Shown here one piece after another: positions 48,382 to 55,604 of a DNA stretch of 64,000 bases. The notes under the pieces are model-generated. The model worked only from the letters and a program-made list of their open reading frames with translations, was not told the origin of the DNA and did not search any database. The stretch spans positions 992,001 to 1,056,000 of the forward strand of contig CAVYTU010000017.1 of assembly GCA_963771465.1 (NCBI GenBank), in the 5' to 3' direction. How positions within the stretch are numbered: the stretch's first letter is position 1; every line of letters begins with the position of its first letter. This DNA comes from an uncultured delta proteobacterium. GTDB lineage: Bacteria > Desulfobacterota > Binatia > UBA9968. Made by a program: the position numbers and the translations under genes.

Positions 48382-49827
48382 ATGCCAAAGTCGCTTCGTA
48401 CGTTTCTCGATGATATGCGCGGGGCATACCCGAGCGAGGTCGTGTCGATTTCCAAGACCGTCAATCCGCTCACTTATGATATTACTGCAATCGTCAAGCA
48501 GCTCGGCGCGCTGAAGAAATTTCCCGTACTGATCTTCGAGCATCCGCTCAATGCTCACGGCCAGGCTACCGACATGAAAGTGGTCATGAGCGCGGAGAAC
48601 TCGCAGAAAAAGATTCAAGTCGCTCTCGGCGTGCCGGCGGACATGGATCGCGCCGAGATGGCGCGCGAGTGCTTGCGCCGCGAGGCGAGCAAGATCGGGC
48701 CGATGATTGTCAGTAAAGACGCGGCGCCGGTGAAAGAGATTATCCGCACCGGCGATCAGGTCGATCTCTATGAGTTGCCGTTGCTCAAGCACCACGAGAT
48801 GGACGGCGGGCCTTATATCGATATGTCGAGCGTCGCCAAAGATCGCGCCAGCGGCGTTTACAATTGCTCGTATCATCGGATGGAAGTGAAAGACCGCAAT
48901 CACACCGGGTTTCTGATGAGCTTGCAACATACGTGGCGCGTCTTTCGCGGTTACGAAGAGGTCGGCGAGGAATGTCCCGTCGCGACCGTGATCGGCCATC
49001 ATCCGGCCTATCAAATGGGCGCGTGTTACGGCGGGCCGTTCGAGATCAGCGAATACGATATCATCGGCGGCTATATGCAGGAGCCGTTGCGCTTAACGCC
49101 TTCTGAAACATGGGGCGAGCGCTTGCTCGTGCCTGCGGACGCAGAGATCGTCATCGAAGGAGCCTTGCTGCCGGGAAAACGAATGGTCGAAGGACCATTC
49201 GGTGAAGTGAACGGTTATCTCGGCGTGCAAGGCTACCAGCAATCGGCGCACTACGAAGTGCGCGCGATCACCCGGCGGCGCGGCGCGCTGCACACGTCGA
49301 TCCTCACACCCGAAGGGGACAAGCCGTGGATGGACTTGGCGCGGGAAGGCGCGTATTTGCGGCGCGCGCGCGAGGCTGTGCCCAATGTGCTGGCGGTGTG
49401 CGCCAGCGGCCGTCATGCGCTGCTGAATGTTTTTATTTCGATGAAAAAAATGTCGGAAGGCGATCCCGGCCGCGCCGCCGCGGCGGTGCTGACGTGGGAC
49501 TGGTGCAAGAACGTTTTTGTCTTCGATGAAGACATTAACGTCTATGATCCGACCGAAATTCTCTGGGCCGTCGCCACCCGAGTGCAGCCGCACCTGCAAG
49601 TTTCGATCATCAAAGAAATCATGCGCGGCAGCTTGATCGATCCATCGATGGTCGACGCGCGCAAGACCTCGGCAATGATCGTCGACGCCACCAAACCGCT
49701 CGACCGGCCATTTTCGCCGGTGTCGAAGTGTCCCGACGAAGCGCTAGCGCGGATTCGCCTCGAAGACTTCGTGCCTGGCGAAGTGTTGCAGCATATTCCC
49801 ATCGACCGGACGACTTACTGGGCGTAA
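48382..49827 (+). CDS. UbiD-family (prFMN) decarboxylase 2
   Basis: DGGPYI, NCSYHR, PADAEIVIEG, EGPFGEVNGY, DEDINVYD, ILWAVATR, VDATKP. Confidence 0.93.
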   Translation: MPKSLRTFLDDMRGAYPSEVVSISKTVNPLTYDITAIVKQLGALKKFPVLIFEHPLNAHGQATDMKVVMSAENSQKKIQVALGVPADMDRAEMARECLRREASKIGPMIVSKDAAPVKEIIRTGDQVDLYELPLLKHHEMDGGPYIDMSSVAKDRASGVYNCSYHRMEVKDRNHTGFLMSLQHTWRVFRGYEEVGEECPVATVIGHHPAYQMGACYGGPFEISEYDIIGGYMQEPLRLTPSETWGERLLVPADAEIVIEGALLPGKRMVEGPFGEVNGYLGVQGYQQSAHYEVRAITRRRGALHTSILTPEGDKPWMDLAREGAYLRRAREAVPNVLAVCASGRHALLNVFISMKKMSEGDPGRAAAAVLTWDWCKNVFVFDEDINVYDPTEILWAVATRVQPHLQVSIIKEIMRGSLIDPSMVDARKTSAMIVDATKPLDRPFSPVSKCPDEALARIRLEDFVPGEVLQHIPIDRTTYWA

Positions 49828-49834
49828 ATATTTT

Positions 49835-49903
49835 GTTCAAGGTTCAAGAGTTCAATGTCGGATGGACTTCTATCGAGGTAATCATCCGATTGAACCGTGA
49901 ACT
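49835..49903. repeat. GTTCAA tandem-repeat hairpin
   Basis: GTTCAAG GTTCAAGA GTTCAATGTCGGATG ... CATCCGATTGAACCGTGAACT just after the ubiD stop. Confidence 0.65.
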
Positions 49904-49994
49904 CTTATACTTTTTGAAAGTGGGTCTTTGCCTGCAAAAGCCGCTATAATCGGCTATCTTGAATTCGTTCCCAGCTATACCAGTGAACTAAACC

Positions 49995-50972
49995 ATGTCC
50001 GGAATCTTCATCAGCTATCGCCGCGAAGACAGCGCGCCTTACGCCGGACGGTTGTACGACCGATTGTGCGGGCGCTTCGGCGCGGATCAAGTTTTCATGG
50101 ACGTCGACGACATTCCACCGGGAGCGGATTTTGCCGCGCATATCGGCGCCAAAGTCGGCTCCTGCGAGGCGATGATCGTCGTCATTGGCCACGAATGGTT
50201 GACCGCGCGCAATGGCGATGGGCAACTGCGCTTGAGCGATCCGCAGGATTTTGTCGGCCTGGAGGTGGCGCTGGCGCTGCAGCGCGACGGCATGGTGATC
50301 CCGGTGCTCGTCGGCGGCGCAAGCATGCCCAAAGCGGCCGAGCTGCGCAGCGACTTAAAGGCGCTGGCCAAGCGCAACGCCGTAATCCTCAGCGATCATG
50401 AATTTCAACGCGATGTCGATTCATTAGTTAAAGCGCTGGAATTGATCCCTAGCCTCGGCAAGAAGCCGGTGAACGAGAGCAACGATTGGAAGGTCGAGAT
50501 GCGTCAGCGGCTGCGCCGGCGGCTGGTCTGGAAGCTGCCGCTGATCGTATCGTTGGTATCGTTTGCGATCTGGTGGCAGTGGCGGATTAACTCGGAGGTC
50601 ATAGTGCCCACACCACACGCAGGGATCGCGGCGAAAACGGCCGCGGCGGTCGCTGGCACTTGGAGCGGCGAAGTCACCTATCCGTGGGGCGCGAAATACA
50701 CCGAACAGTTTTTCTTTCAGCCGGAAGGCGACAGCCTTTTCGGCACGGCGATGTTTCTCCAGTCCAAGCGTGGCATCGAGAACGGCAAGGTTATCGGCGA
50801 TACGATTTCGTTCCAGGTGCGATTCGAAGAGGTGAACGACGGTACGACCAGGACCCGTTGGAACCGCTACGAAGGAAAACTTGCGGGCGCGGAAATTCGC
50901 TTGAAGATACTCGACGACAAAGGCAATCCGCCCGTGGAAATCGCCTTGACTAGGGCCCGAGCAACTCTCTAA
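49995..50972 (+). CDS. TIR-domain protein with one TM helix and C-terminal beta-rich domain
   Basis: IFISYRREDS, VFMDVDDIPPGADF, VIGHEW, DFVGLEVALAL, VIPVLV; hydrophobic LPLIVSLVSFAIWWQW. Confidence 0.9.
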   Translation: MSGIFISYRREDSAPYAGRLYDRLCGRFGADQVFMDVDDIPPGADFAAHIGAKVGSCEAMIVVIGHEWLTARNGDGQLRLSDPQDFVGLEVALALQRDGMVIPVLVGGASMPKAAELRSDLKALAKRNAVILSDHEFQRDVDSLVKALELIPSLGKKPVNESNDWKVEMRQRLRRRLVWKLPLIVSLVSFAIWWQWRINSEVIVPTPHAGIAAKTAAAVAGTWSGEVTYPWGAKYTEQFFFQPEGDSLFGTAMFLQSKRGIENGKVIGDTISFQVRFEEVNDGTTRTRWNRYEGKLAGAEIRLKILDDKGNPPVEIALTRARATL

Positions 50973-51160
50973 CAGGTTGCTGAAAAAAGGCCTCTTGCAG
51001 GTTGCTCAAAAAGATCCAGAGGCGAGGCGCGTGAAAAATCGTGGTCGTGTTCGTGAACGTGACCGTGAAATTCACACGAGCACGAACACGCTACACGAAC
51101 ACGAATTGGACGCGAGGCGATTGAGCGCAACGAAGCATATGGGTCTTTTTCAGCAGCCTG
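50973..51160. mobile_element. MITE-like element, 188 bp, with TIRs and CTAA direct repeat
   Basis: CAGGTTGCTGAAAAA ... TTTTTCAGCAGCCTG (14/15 inverted match) flanked by CTAA at 50969-50972 and 51161-51164; no transposase inside. Confidence 0.75.
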
Positions 51161-51871
51161 CTAAATCCCTTCCCCCGAACCTCGCTGACGATAGATCGGC
51201 GTGCTGTTCCATTCGAGCGCTTCTTGGATCTTGCGCGGCAGGGGAGGCTTGCGCGCGGTCATGAACTGAATGAACTCGTCTCTCGATGCCATCGTCATGC
51301 GCGGATTTTTCTGTTTCTCGTCGCCCAAGGTCGATACCGCTTCGCGATAATCATGGCCGGGATAAACCCGAATCTCATTCGACAGACCGTCAAGCCGTCG
51401 CAAACTATTCCACTGACTTTCAGCGCTGCCACCGGGTAGATCAGTACGGCCGCAGCCGCCGATCAGCAAAGTATCGCCAGTGAAGATGCGATCGTCGAAC
51501 AGGAGGCACATGGCGTCCTGGGTGTGTCCCGGTGTGTAGAAAACTTTGAGCGCGCATTGGCCGAACTTGATTTCGTCACCGTCGTCGACCTTGACGTCGA
51601 CGTAGGGCGCGTCGGTGGCTCGGTGCATAACGACTTGGACACCGTAGCGTTCGCGCATCAGCTTGCAGGCCGAGTTGTGATCGGCGTGGGTGTGGGTGTC
51701 GATGGCGTAGAGCAGTTTCGATTTGAAGAATTCGGCGAGGCCAACGTAATCGGCGGCTTTGTCGAGCTCCGGATCGATGACCACGGAAACTTTGTCCGTG
51801 GCGCAGCCAAGAACATAGGAAAGGCAGCCGCTTGAGCGGATTTGTTCGAAGAAAAATTCGCCGCCGCTCAT
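51161..51871 (-). CDS. MBL-fold protein, persulfide dioxygenase (ETHE1)-like
   Basis: CLSY, DTHTHADH, TPGHT, FTGDTLLIGGCGRTD, YPGHDY. Confidence 0.88.
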   Translation of the reverse strand: MSGGEFFFEQIRSSGCLSYVLGCATDKVSVVIDPELDKAADYVGLAEFFKSKLLYAIDTHTHADHNSACKLMRERYGVQVVMHRATDAPYVDVKVDDGDEIKFGQCALKVFYTPGHTQDAMCLLFDDRIFTGDTLLIGGCGRTDLPGGSAESQWNSLRRLDGLSNEIRVYPGHDYREAVSTLGDEKQKNPRMTMASRDEFIQFMTARKPPLPRKIQEALEWNSTPIYRQRGSGEGI

Positions 51872-51877
51872 TTCTTC

Positions 51878-52441
51878 CTATCGCGCCGGCACGGCAATGA
51901 TCGTGCCTTTTTCCAGGTTGTAGCGGCTGCGGTCGATTTTGTCCAAATCGTAACTCAAAAAACGGAAAACCACGCCGGGCCCCTCGGCCGCGTGGGTAGA
52001 ATGAATATCGCCGGTGACGTAGGGAACGACGACGCCGGCGCTTAGCCGGTCGAGCCGGTCTTTTTCCAGTGTGCATTTACCCGGCTGCGAGCCGTCGTCG
52101 GTGCGTTTGTATTTGGTGATATCGGTGACGCCGCTAAAGGCGCCGTAAACGACCCAGCAGGGACCGTGATCGTGAGGCGTGTTGCCGTGGCCTTGCTTGT
52201 GCACATGGCCCATTTGAATAAAGCCGTGATCGGGATCGCGATATAGCTCGCGGGACGGTTTGCCGTCACGGATGATCTCCGCCATCCACGGGTCATCGGC
52301 TTTCGTCGCAGCAAACAGTTTCTCCATCAGCGCTTGGACTCGAAATGGCAACTGCGGATCTTTGCCGTCACCCCAACCCGCGCGAACTTCGGCGATATAG
52401 CGATCGAAACTATTTTCCGCTTGGCGTTCTTGTACGGCCAT
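51878..52441 (-). CDS. Cupin, cysteine/thiol dioxygenase-like
   Basis: PHDHG.CW..YG and GDIHS three-His pattern; GGAGG RBS. Confidence 0.72.
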   Translation of the reverse strand: MAVQERQAENSFDRYIAEVRAGWGDGKDPQLPFRVQALMEKLFAATKADDPWMAEIIRDGKPSRELYRDPDHGFIQMGHVHKQGHGNTPHDHGPCWVVYGAFSGVTDITKYKRTDDGSQPGKCTLEKDRLDRLSAGVVVPYVTGDIHSTHAAEGPGVVFRFLSYDLDKIDRSRYNLEKGTIIAVPAR

Positions 52442-52584
52442 TGGCAATCCTCCCTTAGTTGGTCATTGAATAGCATGTTCGCCGTCGGCTCGTCCAGCAT
52501 GCATGAATGAATCGCGGTGTCGATTGACAGTGGCTCCGCGGCTCTGTTACCACAGGGAAAAGTTTTTGAAAAAGCGAGACAACC

Positions 52585-53063
52585 ATGGCATTCGAAGCGC
52601 AGGAACTCCGCCGCGTCATGGGCCACTTCGCCACCGGCGTCACCGTGATTACGACCACGGATAAGGAAGGATTACCGCAAGGTTTGACGGCCAACGCTTT
52701 CATGTCGCTATCCCTCGACCCGCCTCGGGTGATTATCAGCGTCGACAAAAAAGCGACCTGTTATTCCTGCTTCGACCGGACAGCGGATTTACGGTCAATT
52801 TCTTAAGTGAAGATCAGGAAGATATTTCACGCCGGTTCGCGACCAAAGGCGCCGACAAATTCGCCGATCTGAAGTGGCGGGCCGGCAGCAACGGCGCCGC
52901 GCTCATCGACGGCGCGTTGGGATCAGTCGAATGTAAGATCACCCAGTGCCACGACGGCGGCGATCACACCATCGTGGTCGGCGAGATTCTTAATGTCGCG
53001 GCAAACGGCGAGCGGCCGCTGCTATTCTTCAAAGGCAAATATCTGAGGCTGCCGCTGTCGTAA
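52585..53063 (+). CDS. Flavin reductase (HpaC/RutF-like); frameshift near 52777
   Basis: LRRVMGHFATGVTVIT, GLTANAFMSLSLDPP, then FTVNFL...RFA...GGDHTIVVGE...PLLFFKG in the shifted frame. Confidence 0.9.
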
Positions 53064-53070
53064 GAAAAAT

Positions 53071-53102
53071 GCTAGGGGCGAGCGGCCGATCGCCCCTCTA
53101 GC
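53071..53102. repeat. REP-like hairpin / possible bidirectional terminator
   Basis: GCTAGGGGCGAGCGGCCGATCGCCCCTCTAGC between convergent genes. Confidence 0.6.
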
Positions 53103-53118
53103 AAATTTGCCGCAGCGA

Positions 53119-54099
53119 TTACGCTCCCAACGCTAACGCGTTGATACAGGGTAGGCCGCTGACGAGGGTTTTAGTATTCCCGGAACAATCCACCTGCACC
53201 ACTTCACCGTCGGCGGTTGCCACCAATATTCCGTTGCCGTCCGCCGCGGCGCAGGTTTCCATCACGCCGCCGCTCATTTTTTCAGTTAAGAGTTCCCAGT
53301 TGGCGCCGTCTTGAGATTTAAAGATCGCGCTGTTGGCGCGGCCGGCGCGCGTCCAGGTGCGTGGCCGGTCTTGGGTGATGCCGAGGTAGATATTGCCGTT
53401 GTCGTCCTCGGCGAGGGTGTTACCGTAGGTCCGATTACCCGTGGTCGGCGTGACCTTTTCCCAGTGGCTGCCGCGATCGGTGCTGCGCGAGACGCCTTCG
53501 CCGCAAGCGGCGACAACCAGTCCGGCGCGTTGCTTCGCCGGCAGTACTTGATGGATGTCGGCGTCGGTCAGGCCGTCGTTGCACTTGGTCCAGTTCTGGC
53601 CGTCGTCATCGCTGACCAAAATGCCACCGACTTCGATGCCGGCATAAAGCCGGCCCGCTGATTTGTTTTCCTGCGCCAGCACGCGCGTGCGCGGCGCGAG
53701 ATCGGGATTGGGCGGGAAGGTTCCGCCGAACGCGCCTTGGCGCACGCCTTTGATTTCTTGCCAACCCTTGCCATCGGTATTGACGTACAGCGCCGCCGGA
53801 CGAGTGCCGACCAGAATCTTCCCCGACTGCGCCAACAGCGCTGACATTTCCAAGCACGGCACGTTCGGGTCGGCGCGAGTCCAGTCTCTGCCGCCGTCGT
53901 TGCTGACGAACATGCCGGAGTGCTCCGTGCCGGCGTAAACTCGCCTCGGATTATCGGGGTCGACCTGAAGGCAGCTCATCTGCCAGAAAGTCAGAGCGCG
54001 GTCGGCCTGCACCCAGTCCTCGCCGCGCCGTTCGAAGCGATACCAACCTGAATGTGTGGCGAGATGCAGGACATTTTTTTCATTGCCATTGGCTGACAT
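53119..54099 (-). CDS. BNR/Asp-box beta-propeller protein (cytoplasmic)
   Basis: Repeated S.D.G..W boxes (SNDGGRDW, SDDDGQNW, STDRGSHW, SQDGANW); GGAGG RBS; no signal peptide. Confidence 0.85.
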   Translation of the reverse strand: MSANGNEKNVLHLATHSGWYRFERRGEDWVQADRALTFWQMSCLQVDPDNPRRVYAGTEHSGMFVSNDGGRDWTRADPNVPCLEMSALLAQSGKILVGTRPAALYVNTDGKGWQEIKGVRQGAFGGTFPPNPDLAPRTRVLAQENKSAGRLYAGIEVGGILVSDDDGQNWTKCNDGLTDADIHQVLPAKQRAGLVVAACGEGVSRSTDRGSHWEKVTPTTGNRTYGNTLAEDDNGNIYLGITQDRPRTWTRAGRANSAIFKSQDGANWELLTEKMSGGVMETCAAADGNGILVATADGEVVQVDCSGNTKTLVSGLPCINALALGA

Positions 54100-54186
54100 C
54101 GGAAACCTCCAGGAATTAAAGTGGCGATCGACTCGACCTGACGCGAAGCATACGTTGGGCGCGAATCATCCGTCAAGCCAAATGGC

Positions 54187-55008
54187 TCACACGCTGATCC
54201 ACAAGTCTTCGAACTGCTTGATCGACCCCGGTGCGAAGCCGGCGTAGTGGTTGTTGAAGAACGCATAGGTCTTGACGCCTTTGTCGGTGATTGTTTTGAG
54301 TTCGTTTACCCATACCGACATCTCCGGCGTCTTGTCTTCGATCAACGTGTCCCAGCGTTTGGTCTTGGCTTCGATGTCTTGGCGGTCGCCGATGAAGCGC
54401 GCGTAAACGAAATCGCTGGTTACGAGATCGAGCGCCTTGGCCAGAGTGTCAATGGGCGGCATCCACGCATGGGCGACCAGTGCGAAGCAAACCGAATGGT
54501 CACGCAAGAGTTCAAGAAAATCCCAACTGATCCAGTGCTTGTTGCGTATCTCCAAGGCGAATTTGAATTCCTTGGGCAGCGTTTTGAGGAACGGCTTGAG
54601 CAAGCGCACAAACGGCTCGCGGGATGGAAACGCATTGCGATTGAAATACGGGAACTGAAGCAGCAACGGACCGAGGCGATCGCCGAGGAGAGAAATATTA
54701 TTCAAGAACGTCGTCATTTCAAGCTGGCAATCCTTAAGCACTTTCTCATGAGTGATGGCGCCGGGAATCTTCGCTGTGAAAATGAAACCCGGCGGGGTTT
54801 TTTCGCGCCAGCTCGACACCACCTGAGGCGACGGAATGCTGTAATACGTCGAGTCGATTTCGACCGCAGCTAACTTGCGAGAGTAGGCTTCGATGAATTG
54901 GCCCGGTTTCAAATTCGGCGGATAGAAAGAGCCGAGCCAGTCGCTGCTCGACCAACTCGAAGTGCCGACCAATAGATTTGCGGGAAATGGCATAGGCTTT
55001 TTCACCAT
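54187..55008 (-). CDS. DUF72 family protein
   Basis: VGTSSWS, VEIDSTYY, ITHE, LGPLLLQFP, ALEIR, FFNNHY. Confidence 0.92.
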   Translation of the reverse strand: MVKKPMPFPANLLVGTSSWSSSDWLGSFYPPNLKPGQFIEAYSRKLAAVEIDSTYYSIPSPQVVSSWREKTPPGFIFTAKIPGAITHEKVLKDCQLEMTTFLNNISLLGDRLGPLLLQFPYFNRNAFPSREPFVRLLKPFLKTLPKEFKFALEIRNKHWISWDFLELLRDHSVCFALVAHAWMPPIDTLAKALDLVTSDFVYARFIGDRQDIEAKTKRWDTLIEDKTPEMSVWVNELKTITDKGVKTYAFFNNHYAGFAPGSIKQFEDLWISV

Positions 55009-55038
55009 ATCCGCCGGTGGCGGTCAAACGAACTTGCC

Positions 55039-55067
55039 TTGACATTGCGCCGTCTTGCGTCTACCTT
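55039..55067 (+). promoter_or_regulatory. Putative sigma70 promoter for the merR-mutS gene string
   Basis: TTGACA-17 nt-TACCTT. Confidence 0.6.
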
Positions 55068-55104
55068 TTGGAAACACGGTTGTTTTCATTTAAATCGATG
55101 TTTC

Positions 55105-55587
55105 ATGGATACTTACGACAGTAAGACCGCGAGTCGCATTGTCGGCGTGAGCTTGCGCCAGTTGCAATACTGGGATGAGCGGGATTTCATTCGGCCGTCG
55201 GTGAAATCGGCCGAGGGACGCGGCACCAAGCGGCTCTACTCGTTTCATGATCTCGTTTGCCTCAAGGTGGTCAAAGACTTGGCGCGCCATGGCTTCACGC
55301 TGCAAAAAATTCGCCGCTGCTTGAAACCTCTTAAAGACACGACGTCGCACACCGAGCGTCCGGCGCAGTCGCTCAAATACTTGACCGACGGTGAGGAGCT
55401 TTTCGTACTCACCAGCGACCGGCAAAAAATTCTCGACGCCATCGAACGACAATTCGTCGTCTCGCTCGGCATCGGCAATCTCATTCGTGAACTGGACGGC
55501 CAGGTGAAGCGGATCGCCCTCGACTTGGCGCGCAAGCACGGCCGCGGTTTGCGTAAGCTCGACGACAAACGGAGCGGCTCGGCCTGA
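55105..55587 (+). CDS. MerR-family HTH protein
   Basis: VGVSLRQLQYWD, IRPS, GRGTKRLYSFHDL, GFTLQKIR. Confidence 0.88.
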   Translation: MDTYDSKTASRIVGVSLRQLQYWDERDFIRPSVKSAEGRGTKRLYSFHDLVCLKVVKDLARHGFTLQKIRRCLKPLKDTTSHTERPAQSLKYLTDGEELFVLTSDRQKILDAIERQFVVSLGIGNLIRELDGQVKRIALDLARKHGRGLRKLDDKRSGSA

Positions 55588-55604
55588 GACAAGTTTGAAG
55601 TAAG

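Noticed and set aside
49995-50972. Complete Thoeris or CBASS system
   Set aside because: No effector or cyclase gene is adjacent; only a lone TIR protein can be supported.
42227-51105. CRISPR array suggested by periodic intergenic sequence
   Set aside because: Units are 6-9 nt, contiguous and inverted, with no unique spacers and no cas genes.
50977-51264. 95-aa ORF-track protein MLKKGLLQVAQKD...
   Set aside because: It is a translation of the MITE and its hexamer array, and overlaps the MBL gene on the other strand.
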